Assembly: GCA_951406725.2 (NCBI GenBank)
Contig: OX597829.1
Coordinates: forward strand, 20,584,001-20,648,000
Origin: Octopus vulgaris
Taxonomy: Eukaryota
Direction: 5' to 3'
Length of the DNA stretch: 64,000 nt
Below are positions 1-11,879 of the stretch, piece by piece. The position numbers were made by a program, and so were the translations under genes. Position 1 is the first letter of the stretch; every line of letters begins with the position of its first letter. Under the pieces are notes generated by a model. That model did no database searches. It was not told the origin of the DNA and saw only the letters and a program-made list of their open reading frames with translations.

Positions 1-299
1 ATTCAAGAGAAATCTTCAGGAAGCTAGTTAACAAGAATTGTATTGGCATTTATACATTTAGGCAGGTTTAAAGGGGTGTTGGTGGGGGACTTTTTGGGGG
101 TAGGCATAGCGCAAAATATCATACTTGGGGGAGTGGTCAAGGAGTCAGTGTTAAATTAGATAGAAGAATAAATAAAAAAATAAAAAAATAAAAAAAATAT
201 AAAATAATAAAATTTAAAAAAAATAAATAAATAAATAAATAAAAAAATAAAAAAATCTATATATAAAAAAAGGGGAATAGAGTTTTAGGTAAATAAGGA

Positions 300-1130
300 G
301 ATTCTCACTTATACCTATGCACACATGTATACATACATACACACACATACAAACATATATACATATACATACACACATACATACACACACATATATATAC
401 ATATATATACACTTACACATACATATACATATCTACACATACACATATATGTGTGTATACATACACACACTCACATGCATACACGTATACACACATGTAT
501 ATATACACACACGACCACACATACATATACGCACAGAAAAATATATATACACATACACACACATACTCACATACACGCATACACACACATATCCACACAC
601 ACACATGCACACACAGCACACTAGTCCCTATATACACATATATACACATACACACACATATACACACACACATATACATATACATACATGTATATATATA
701 TATATATACATATATATACATATGTGTACCTATGCATACCTACACACACACACATATATATACACATACAAATACAGACCCATTCCCTAATTTTAATTTT
801 ATTATCTTCGTTTATTACTTTTGTTATCTTTGGCCGCTTGGTCACAAACATCTTGGCTATGACAGCCAGTCCATTTATCTGCCTACTGGAAAACAAGCAC
901 TCATTCACTCACGCACACTCTTTAGCACGTACACTCACTCATTCGTACACTCATACACATACACGCACGCACGCGTTATATTCATACATACATACATCTA
1001 CATACATTCACGTATATACACATACGTACGCGTACCTACAGATTCATGTCTACACTCTTAGAAGGCTAGTCTATATATATACACCAATAAATATAAATAC
1101 ACACACATACATATACACCTACATACAAAT

Positions 1131-1185
<55 letters not shown>

Positions 1186-1398
1186 CATATATATACGCAT
1201 ACATATACATACACACATACACACACATACGCATACACACACATATACATATATATACACACATACACATACATACATATACACACATACACATACATAC
1301 GTATACATACATACATACATCCATACATCCATACATACATACATTTATACACATACACACACCCACATACATACATATATATACGCGCATATATATAT

Positions 1399-1482
<84 letters not shown>

Positions 1483-1622
1483 AAAGGGCTTAGTAAAATA
1501 AATTACTTTGCCGCATACTTTTATATAATGTAATAATTTGAATTCGCCTTAAATGGTCCCTTTGCATACTGAACACTTGGTGAAATTGATTAATAATTAA
1601 TTAATTTTACCCTCAATTGTTG

Positions 1623-1681
<59 letters not shown>

Positions 1682-2073
1682 CATATATATTCATACACAC
1701 ACATACATATACATACATACATATACAAATATACGCACACACATACATACATACTCATATACTCATACACGCACATACACATGTACATGCGTACCCATAC
1801 ACACACACACACGCGCGCGCATCCATATATACACATAAGTACACCCATGCGTAAAAGTATACATATATCTATGCTTACACATACACACACACACACGCGC
1901 CTCCTTATATTCATACTTACATGCATACTCAAAAAATAAGTAAATAGTAAAATATATATACGCGCAGTTATTCATACATGCATACTCAAAAAATAAATAA
2001 TAAATATTAAGTATATGTACGTGCAGTTACCTATTATATAGACGGATACATACATATAAACTTACACACATAG

Positions 2074-2103
<30 letters not shown>
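300..2103. repeat. Compound (CA)n/(TA)n/(CATA)n microsatellite field with short unique islands
   Basis: Seen directly; the His/Thr/Tyr/Ile-rich ORFs here are translation artefacts. Confidence 0.95.
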
Positions 2104-2110
<7 letters not shown>

Positions 2111-4048
2111 GATACTTTGATACTTTGATAGGTTTCGGCCATTATTGGCCCAGGCCATGTCTAACTTAATAGCACCACCTGGTGAAGTCTTTCAAGTCAG
2201 AATTTGGGCACTATGGCCCACTCAAGTAGAGAGTTATTGTTTACAGAGACATATCCGGGTGTAGGGGGTTTATCCGGGATTTCTTGAAGGAATCTGTCCA
2301 AAGACTTCTTGAACCCTATAGGGTCAGTTTCTGTTTTAATGTGTTTTGGTGTAATGTTAAAGAGAGCGGGGCCAATTGAGGTGAAATAATTGTGCCGTAT
2401 TGTTGTTATGAGATGAGAGTGCGATTTTTGTTTTGGGCGGATGGCACGGGGCCCAAGCCTTGGATGTACCTTAAAGGTGATGCCAACATCATTTGGGCAA
2501 TGCTGATGGAATATTTTCCACATCATGCAGATGATGTAGCGCTCACGACGACGTTGGAGAGAATAGAGTTTTAGCTTTTCTAGTCGACCCCAATAGTCGA
2601 GGCCTGTCATGCCATCTATCTTTTTTGTGATTGCCCTTTGAGGTGCTTCGACTTTTATGATACCTTGTATTGTGTGGGGAGACCACAGTGGACAACAGTA
2701 TTCAAGGTGGGGTCGGGCAAAAGTGGAGAAGAGAAGGATAATGGTGTGGATATCTCTCGACTGGAAAGTTCTGAGAATCCAGGAACACATTCTGCGGGCC
2801 ATGTCAACTTTGGTGTTTATATGAGTGGCCCAGCTTACGTTGTTGTCCACAATTACTCCCAAGTCTCTGATGTTGTTGGACGCCGCGAGAGTTTCACCTG
2901 AAGGAAGGGAGTATGGGAGTTTCAGGGCATCCTCTTTTCCAAAGTGGATTAGCTCAAATTTATCCTCGTTCAGCAGCATATTGTTTTTTTCTGCCCATTG
3001 GATAACAGCCAGTAGATCTGACTGAAGGCATGTCCGGTCACTCGCCTCATTTATGACCTTCTGTAGCTTGGAGTCATCTGCAAAGATTTTTATGTTGCTG
3101 TGCTTGATGATGTCATTAATGTCATTAATGTAAATGATGAAAAGAAGTGGGCCCAGCACAGTGCCTTGCGGAACGCCACTACTGACTTTGGCTGGGCTTG
3201 ATTTTACCCCTTCAACTACAACATGTTGAGATCTGTCTGTCAGGAAACACTTAATCCATTTCAGTAACTTTCCAGAGACACCAATGTTGGATAGTTTTTT
3301 CAATAGGATCTTGTGATCGACCCTGTCGAAGGCCTTACTGAAATCAAGGTAGATGACATCGGTGTTGGAGCCCTCTCCCAAAGCTCTCAAAATGTCCTCA
3401 AAGTGATGCAGGAGCTGCGTTAGGCAGTCCCTTCCATTACGGAACCCATGTTGGTTGGAGATCAGCCGTCTGTTGCTTTCCAGAAATTGGGTTATTTGAG
3501 ATCTCACCACCCTCTCAAATACCTTGATGATATGAGAGGTGAGTGAGATCGGACGGTAATTCACTGCAAGGGACTTGTTTCCCTTTTTGAAAACTGGGAC
3601 AACAGACTGGGACAGAAGGTTTTTTGGAATATAGCCAGCATCCAGTGAGTTTCTCCACAGATTAGCAAGGGGAGATGCAAGTTGGTGTCGACACACCTTC
3701 AGGACACAAGCAGGGAACCTATCGGGGCCTACTGCTGAATTGTGTTTTATTTCGTTTATCGCCGCTAAGACATCAGGGGCACTAAACGTTATGTCCGATA
3801 TAGTGTGTTGGGGGTTGACATCACTGATACAGCCCAGATCGGCCATATCAGGATTGCTGAAAACAGAGCAGTATTGTTTCTGCAGTATCTCGGCCATGGA
3901 TTTGGCATTATCTTGGAGAGTGCCAGTTTCGTCAATTAGAGGGCCTACAGTGGAGACAGTGACCCTGCGTTTCCTCGCAAATGAAAAGAACACTTTGGGG
4001 TTGAGTTTGATTTTTTCAATGGCCCACTTCTCCTCAGCTGATCTTTGG
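2104..4048 (-). mobile_element. 5'-truncated CR1/L2-group LINE with an 8-bp tandem 3' tail (TCAAAGTA)3
   Basis: Contains the RT ORF; tactttga x3 at 2104-2130; the 5' end abuts (TA)n at 4049. Confidence 0.9.
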
Positions 4049-4049
4049 T

Positions 4050-4087
<38 letters not shown>

Positions 4088-4170
4088 TATATATATATAC
4101 ATATACATACATATATACACACACATATACACATACACATATACATACACATATATATATATACACACAC
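2197..4170 (-). CDS. LINE ORF2 reverse transcriptase, uninterrupted but 5'-truncated; the first ~40 codons are microsatellite and real homology starts near 4048
   Basis: Motifs [67 protein letters not shown]. Confidence 0.9.
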
Positions 4171-4412
4171 ACATACACATATATATATATATACATATAT
4201 ATATATACATACTTACACACATGTACATATAAATACACACATAGATAACTCTACGTACCTACATATACATAAACACACGAGCGTACGCGTATATGTACAC
4301 ATACACATACACATACACACGCATATATATACATACATACATACACATACACACATGTGTATACACACACACACATACACATATATATACATACACATAT
4401 ATATACATATAC

Positions 4413-4447
<35 letters not shown>

Positions 4448-4610
4448 CACATATATATATACATATACACATACACACACATATATATACATGTGTGCAA
4501 ACATACATACATTCTCATACAAGCACACACACTTACATTTACATATATACACACACTTACACACATATATACATACACATGTACATACATACATACATAC
4601 GTATATGCAT

Positions 4611-4643
<33 letters not shown>

Positions 4644-4718
4644 CATACATACATACACATACATATATATACACACATATATATACACATGCACATACTT
4701 ATATCTCTACATACTCGC

Positions 4719-4759
<41 letters not shown>

Positions 4760-4994
4760 TACATATACCTATATACATGTATATATACACATCTACAATT
4801 TGTATCTACACTCACATACCTGCACATACACATAACTCTACATACCTACATATACATCGACATACTCGTACACTCATATATATACACATATATACATATA
4901 CACACACACATACATATACATATACATATACATATATATAAACATATACACATATAATACACATATACACACACATACATATATGTATATATAC

Positions 4995-5041
<47 letters not shown>

Positions 5042-5062
5042 TACATATACATATATATATAC

Positions 5063-5094
<32 letters not shown>

Positions 5095-5307
5095 ATATGT
5101 ATGTGTATATATGCATGTATATGGGTGTATGTATGTGTGTGTGTATATGTATGTATATATATATGTATATATATATATATATATATATGTATATGTATAT
5201 ATGTGTGTATATATATGTATATGCGAGTATGTAGAGATATAAGTATGTGCATGTGTATATATATATGTGTGTATATATATGTATGGGTATGTGTTTGTGT
5301 ATGTATG

Positions 5308-5356
<49 letters not shown>

Positions 5357-5480
5357 ATGTATGCATATACGTATGTATGTATGTACATGTGTATGTATAT
5401 ATGTGTGTAAGTGTGTGTATATATGTAAATGTAAGTGTGTGTGCTTGTATGAGAATGTATGTATGTTTGCACACATGTAT
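4049..5480. repeat. CA/TA microsatellite block containing a local inverted copy (~4490-4760 vs ~5200-5480)
   Basis: catgtgtgcaaacatacatacattctcatacaagcac at ~4490 is the reverse complement of ~5440-5478. Confidence 0.85.
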
Positions 5481-5580
5481 NNNNNNNNNNNNNNNNNNNN
5501 NNNNNNNNNNNNNNNNNNNNNNNNNNNNNNNNNNNNNNNNNNNNNNNNNNNNNNNNNNNNNNNNNNNNNNNNNNNNNNNN
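5481..5580. other. Assembly gap (100 N)
   Basis: Run of n. Confidence 1.
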
Positions 5581-6233
5581 AAAGAAAAAATTAAAAGTGT
5601 GTGTGTAGAATGAGTTTGTGGGGAAGATATTATGTGCTGGTGGTGGAGAGGAATCAAGAGGGTGGATACATATAAAGATATGAGTAAGAAAAGGAATGGA
5701 AGAAGGTGAAAGAGAAGTAGAAGGAGGGGAAGAATCCAAAGGCAAGGAAGAAGAAAAAGAACAGAAAAGAAGAAGGAGAAGTAGTACAGTGGGCAGTGCT
5801 GCATATAGCAAAATGGTTTATCCATCATATGCTGCCAGTGTGTCAGCCAGTACAGGCAGAACCATTGTTACCAAAATTTGTCCAATGGAAGATGATGCAT
5901 TTGATCACACAGCTGCATTAGTCTGTGACAACATGAAGTGAAAAGATCTATTAAATAGATAACTAAACAATTGTATGGCATCGAAGGAAGAGGATGTTAA
6001 TGATGTATGTTGTGGGCTGACCTAATTTATGATCCTAGTGTGTTTCGACACTGGGAAAGGGATACAAGTAGGAAAAGACGAATATACATACAGAAGAATA
6101 TGTACACATAGATACGTACATACGTATATATACTCATGCAGAGGTAGATACTCATACGCACACAAACACACTCAGGTTGAGTAACTGTGTATTTCCTTTG
6201 CAGTAGCTTACCTGTTTCTGTCTTCATTCCTGA

Positions 6234-6284
<51 letters not shown>

Positions 6285-7143
6285 CTCTTTCTCTGGATGG
6301 GTAACCTTGTATTCCTCTGCAGCAAGACACTACTATCTGTCCTCCTCCTCCAATGACTCCTCTCTTGAAATTTTTTTTTGTCTAGCAAGTACTTGGCGAC
6401 CCTGTCAGTGCAGGTGCCATTTAAAAGTACCCCAGTCCACACTGTAAAGTGGTTAGTGTTTGGTAGGGCGTCCAACTGTAAAAGCCTTGCCAAAACTGAC
6501 CTCACCTGTGCTTGTGCCATGTAAAAAGCTCTGCCACATATAAGAGTCCACTCTGCTTAGTGGTTGGTGTTATGAAAGGTATCCATCTGTAAAAATCCTG
6601 CCAAAACAGTCACAGAAGTCTGGTGCAGGCTTCTGCCTGGCTGGCTCTTGTCAAACCGTCCCACCCATGCCAGCATGGAAGGTAGACGTTAAATGATGAT
6701 ATATATATATATAAATAATTTGACCAACCAGATCATTGGATATTGTTATATATCACTTGTTACAATGTGCTTTGCATCATTTTAGCTTTTGAATGATGCT
6801 ATATATGGGATGTATGTGTGTGTATGATTCCTCTGCACATTGCTCTGTTTTTATGCTCAGTCCAATTGCATAGCACACACACACAACAATAATAACAGGG
6901 GATGGTAATTAATAGGTTTTATTAAACTTTATTAATCAAGCTTAATTAACAAAGCCTTTGAATTTCAATCTGCATGTTATTATTGTAGTATTTATCCTAA
7001 GCAGAAAGGAGTTCTAAATGTATGCCCATACTATTAGATTACCCTGGGAGATGGAATTAACATGTGGCAGCTGACATTAAGAAGCACAGGAGCTTTTAAG
7101 AAGGCATAATGAGGCTTTTGCCCAAACTAAACTAAACAGATAA

Positions 7144-7458
7144 GGTGTAATGTTCAGTGGTTAGAGTGTCAGGCTCACAATCATGAGGTAATGAGTTTGA
7201 TTCCCGGACCGGGCTGCGTGTTGTGTTCTTGAGCAAGACACTTTATTTCATGTTGCTCCAGTTCACTCAGCTGTAGAAATGAGTTGCGATGTCACTGGTA
7301 CCAAGCTGTTGGCCTTTGCCTTGGATAACATTGGTGGCATGAAGAGGGGAGGCTGGTATGCATGGCTGGTCTTTCATAAACAACCTTGCCTGGACTTGTG
7401 CCTCAGAGGGGAACTTCTAGGTGTAATCCCATGGTCACTCATGACTGAAGGGTGTCAT
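7144..7458 (+). mobile_element. tRNA-derived SINE (mirror copy ~31398-31711, minus)
   Basis: A-box-like tcagtggttagag, B-box-like gagtttgattccc, CORE-like gtgttcttgagcaagacacttta. Confidence 0.75.
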
Positions 7459-8119
7459 TACCTATACATACATACATCACACATATGCACACACACACAC
7501 ACACCTGTGAAATTATAGTCATTACTGGTGCCATGTAAATGGTACTCATGCTGGTGGCACATAAAAGCACCCATTGCCCTCTTGGGGTGGTTGGCATTAG
7601 GAAGGGCATCCAGCTCTTCTTAAATTAGACTGGAATCTGATGCAGCTCTCCAGCTTACCAGTTTCAGTCAAACCATGTAACCCATCAATATGTGTGTGTA
7701 CCACAAAGGAATAGGGATTTTAAATCCAGGTAGATACTTTACTAACACTGTTAAAAATCTAGACTTGGCTAGCCACATCAAATATTAGGAAACATTTGGA
7801 ATCGTTTAGAATAAACAATTGTTTTTGGGCTTCTTTGAATTGGTAAATCCTGAATTTGCTTCAAAAGATTCTTATAAAATTCAGGGTGTATAAGAAATAC
7901 AGAATAAAGAATGGAGAATGATACATCTTTTATTAAAATCTTTTTTTTAGCATATAAAATTCTGCTACATAACTGTCTTAGGGCCCTTAGATGTGATAGT
8001 AATCCAAAGATTGACTTTCTTATATAACTTTTTTTAACCTGGATGAAGTGAACTGAAATGCTACAGTATCAAAGGTAAATGCCTAAAAAATCATAAGTGA
8101 TAAGTGAATATAAAAGAAA

Positions 8120-8434
8120 GGGACTGTGTGGTAAGAAGCTTGCTCCTCAACTACATGGTTCCAGGTTGTCCCACTACATGGTACCTTGGGCAAGCATTTT
8201 CTACTATAACCTCAGACCAACCAAAGCCTTGTCAGTGGATGCATGTGTGTGTGTGTGTATCTTTCTGTCTGTCTTTCCCCTCTCCCACCCCTCACTACTT
8301 GACAACAGCTTAGCAGTTCGGCAAAAGAGTCTAATATAATAACCACCAGGCTTAAAAAGAAGTACTGGGGTTGATTCATTCAACAAAAAAATTCAAAGTG
8401 GTGTTCCAACATGGCTAAAGTCTAATGACTGAAG
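8120..8434 (+). mobile_element. Degenerate tRNA/CORE-type SINE with a LINE-like 3' tail (mirror ~30420-30740)
   Basis: gtgtggtaagaagcttgct...accttgggcaagc...ggtgttccaacatggc; same family as 36933-37306. Confidence 0.7.
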
Positions 8435-8451
8435 CTATTTTTTATATTAAC

Positions 8452-8652
8452 TGATGTTATCCAAGGGAAAGGCAAAGGCTGATACAGCTTGGTACCAGTG
8501 ATATTGCAACTCATTTCCGCAGTTGAGTGAACTGGAGCAACATGAAATAAAGTGTCTTGCTTAAGAATACAACACACGGCCCAGTCCAGGAATCGAACTC
8601 ACTACCTCATGATTGCGAGCCTGATGCCCTAACTACTGAGCCATGCACCTTC
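8452..8652 (-). mobile_element. tRNA-derived SINE, inverted relative of the 7144 copy (mirror ~30205-30405)
   Basis: Minus strand reads gcatggctcagtagttaggg...gagttcgattcctgg...ttcttaagcaagacacttta. Confidence 0.75.
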
Positions 8653-8887
8653 TTCATGTAATAGGGATATATAAATCTAGGTAGATGTCTTGTAAGCACT
8701 CAGGTGCTATCTGAACTTGGCTAACTATGTTGAACAACTGGAGACATGTTAAATCCAAATAGAATTCCTATCCATGATGATATTCCCGGTGATAAGTAAA
8801 TCCCAAAGACTACATGTTATCCTGAATTAAGATATATTATTCTTTTTTCTTGTTATTGTCTTTATATACATATGTATTATATATTAT

Positions 8888-8912
8888 CTTTTCTTTTCTT
8901 TTTTTTTTGCAG
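8888..8912 (+). promoter_or_regulatory. Strong splice acceptor for the glycosyltransferase coding exon (mirror at ~30132-30156)
   Basis: cttttcttttcttttttttttgcag 52 nt upstream of ATG 8965. Confidence 0.6.
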
Positions 8913-8964
8913 TGTGATATAACATCAAAGTTTTCTGGACATATCACTGTCAAGTTACACAGGA

Positions 8965-9993
8965 ATGCCAATATCTGTGAAAATGCTTCGTCTAAAACGT
9001 TATTTATATTTATTATTTTACTTTTCTATATTTGCTTACACACTTGTGTTCATTGGGACGAAAATGCTCCAGAAAAATGAATTGAAATCTGAAATTTTAA
9101 AAAGTGAACAAAAGAGCTATTCTCAAAATCTTCAAGGTGTAATCAGCCAGTCAGTTGAAATTGCTAAAGATATTATGAAAAAACATAATTTAGTTTTATT
9201 TACTCTTATTAACAATGCTTATTTACCTTTTGTCTATAGTTGGTTGTGTAACACTATTAATATGGGTATCCATGAGCAAATTCTCTTTATTACTACAGAT
9301 GCTATATCAAAACAACAATTTGAGAAGGATTGGCCTAATGTCAAAGTTGTTGTGTTGCCCGAGACTTCACTAAATGGTAATCAAACTTATAGTAAAGTTG
9401 GTTATGTAAAACTAATGGTGAAACGTACAGAAATTTTAAATTCTTTATTGCAGAATGATATTGAAATTCTTTTATTTGAAGTTGACTGTCTTTGGGTTTC
9501 TAATCCTATTGATGAATGCAAAAAAATAGCATTGGAAAATGATGTGATAGTTACATGTATTGCTGGCAGAAAAAGATCTATTGCTGGAGGTTTCATATAT
9601 ATGAAGCCTACAAACGCTGTGAAAACTCTCTGGCAAGAACTGAATTCAAAGATGAGACGTCTTGGCAAAGAAATTGATGGAAAAGATGATAATAAACTTA
9701 TATCTAAAAGTAAAAATGACCAGGTATTCTTTACGGGACTTATTCAGAAAAGATTTGGTGGAATAAAATATGAAGTTCTTCCATGGGACAGATATATTGA
9801 TGGAAAATGGTATGAAATGAAATTAGAAGATCGTCAGAAGAAACATGTTGTTATTATTAACAATAACTGGGTAGCTGGAAATGCAAAAAAGTTAAAACGA
9901 GCCAAAAAATTTGGACATTGGTTTATAGATGACTCAATGAAATGTAAAATGGATCAAGTTGACAGAATAGTTTACCGTGGGTTGTATGTGTAA
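8965..9993 (+). CDS. Nucleotide-diphospho-sugar transferase (GT-A fold, GT77/Nucleotid_trans-like), type II membrane protein, copy A
   Basis: 342 aa intronless ORF; basic N-terminus plus hydrophobic anchor (KRYLYLLFYFSIFAYTLVFIG); N-AYLPFVYSWLCN, LLFEVD (DxD-like), AGGFIYMKPT, NDQ, xNNWV-G-KK-R-K-G-W motifs typical of the family. Confidence 0.88.
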   Translation: MPISVKMLRLKRYLYLLFYFSIFAYTLVFIGTKMLQKNELKSEILKSEQKSYSQNLQGVISQSVEIAKDIMKKHNLVLFTLINNAYLPFVYSWLCNTINMGIHEQILFITTDAISKQQFEKDWPNVKVVVLPETSLNGNQTYSKVGYVKLMVKRTEILNSLLQNDIEILLFEVDCLWVSNPIDECKKIALENDVIVTCIAGRKRSIAGGFIYMKPTNAVKTLWQELNSKMRRLGKEIDGKDDNKLISKSKNDQVFFTGLIQKRFGGIKYEVLPWDRYIDGKWYEMKLEDRQKKHVVIINNNWVAGNAKKLKRAKKFGHWFIDDSMKCKMDQVDRIVYRGLYV

Positions 9994-11004
9994 TTTAAAT
10001 CAGGGTTAAATATATTCTTTGGTTTCAACATCACATTTGTATTCATTTTTGGTTTCCTTCTAACATTTTTGGTTCTCATCAGCTGAACATTAGTACACCG
10101 GCATACCTGTACTCTCTTTTACTCTCTTTTAGAGAGTATATTTATATTTATGTAGTATATTTATATTTGAGATTTATTTAATCAGTAATTAAAAATACAT
10201 CAATATATACTCAAAACATATACAATAGGAATTTTGTTCAGAATATTAAGCAGGCATTCAGTTTCTGAAGCCATTGAAGAAGCTTCTCTGTAGTCACTCA
10301 GTAGGTACCTAATATTCTTCAAATTTAACTTAGCGTCCTAAAAGTAATGGATAAATTGATCTGAGCATCTCTACATAGTAAGTAAAGAAAGCAAACAACT
10401 AAAATACCACAGAAACAAAAGAACAAATGAGTTGCATAAACAATACATTCTTGTTTAGGCCTACAATCTTTTCAGCAGCTCTCAATAAATTACAAAAAAA
10501 AAAAAAATACAAATCACTGCATATTTCTAGCATTTCATCAATAAACCAAATTCTTAATTACACGAAAACACTAAAAATAAAATACTATATAAACAGGAAT
10601 GAGACACAGTTGCTGTGGTAAACACCAACCTTCACAATCCCTACCATTTCATGTACAACTATCTCAAGTATATATGTATATATGCACAAATGCGAAAACT
10701 CATTGACTTGCATATATATACATATGTGTGTGTTTGTGTGTGTGTGTCTCTGTGTATATGTTTGCATCAGTTTGTCGTGCTAGTCTATTTGAAACACATG
10801 TAGCTAATTAAATTGTTTACAATGCCTCATTATTCTCTGTATTTTCTCTCACTCTCACTCCCTGTATACATCTGTGTGTATACATGTGTGTGTATATGTG
10901 TGTGCATATATGTGTGTATATATATATATATACTTATCTGTATGTATGTATATGTTTATATGTATGTATGTGTATATATGTATATATGTATGTGTGTGTG
11001 TATG

Positions 11005-11037
<33 letters not shown>

Positions 11038-11104
11038 GTGTGTGTCTGTGTATGTATGTATATACATATATTTATATATATATGTGTATATATATGTATG
11101 TATA

Positions 11105-11760
11105 TAATGTCGGCGTCACTTTCTCATCATGAATGATGTCCATATTGTTCATGAAGCAGAGATCCAGAATGTTATTTACCCTAATTGGTCTGAGTACTGC
11201 TTGCTCCATGAATAAGGCATTGGTGAGGTTGAGCATGGACTCCACCTGTGCTTGCTTGCAATGAGTCAATCCTTAGAGTATGTGACATTTGGGCCATTTG
11301 ATGTTGTGTAAGTTGAAATCACCCATAAGAAATATGGTCATGTGGTGATCCAGATTCATGAGGATTTCTTTAATTCTTGTGAAGCAATCTTCAAACTTGG
11401 TTTGGAGCATCTGGTGGGCAATATGTATTGCATATGACTATATTATGTTGTCTTATGTATACAATTAGAGTGTCACATACTGAATTTGAGTATGACAGTA
11501 AGACCTGCGGTGTGAGGTCGACATGGAGGTATACAGCAACTCCACTATGACTCCTTTCCCTTCTGTCTGTTCATAGTCTGGCATATTTTGGTATGTGTAC
11601 TTCTGCATCCTCTATATCAAGGCTGAGGTGAGTTTCCATGAGTGCTATGCATAGGGCTTGATTGCATGCAGTAAGATCTCTCAGGAAAGAAATTTTGCTT
11701 TTATTGTGATGCAAAAGGCCCCAATATATAGTAAAAGTATTTGTGTGATGACTGTACAGG
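11105..11760 (-). mobile_element. Decayed LINE (CR1/L2-type) AP-endonuclease fragment; mirror ~27290-27960 (+)
   Basis: IALMETHL, R..RKG..SGVAVY, MGDFN, PIRVNNILDLCF motifs. Confidence 0.75.
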
Positions 11761-11879
11761 CGTTAGGGGAGGCCATCCCGTGTCTGTTGACTGTGGTGGA
11801 CAAGGTTCCTTGTTTGTGCTTGAAGTTGCCAGGTCAGCTGCTGCACAATCTTTTGTGCCATGTACAAAAAAGACTCTTG

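Noticed and set aside
214-5613. Many long His/Thr/Tyr/Ile or Cys/Val/Met-rich ORFs (also near 10.8 kb, 28 kb, 45-47 kb and 56 kb)
   Set aside because: Translations of CA/TA/TG microsatellites, which lack stop codons.
5696-5941. 81-aa ORF ending MEDDAFDHTAALVCDN, resembling an actin N-terminus (mirror 32722-32967)
   Set aside because: No GSG continuation or other actin sequence, a stop follows at once, and its presence in both arms only reflects the duplication.
7144-7220. tRNA-like sequences (also ~8580-8650 and ~36935-37005)
   Set aside because: SINE heads followed by CORE-like bodies; no intact cloverleaf.
8965-9993. Horizontal transfer from plants or algae as the origin of the intronless GT77-like gene
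   Set aside because: The Nucleotid_trans family also occurs in invertebrates and the gene has host-like AT content and a splice acceptor; it cannot be supported without a phylogeny.
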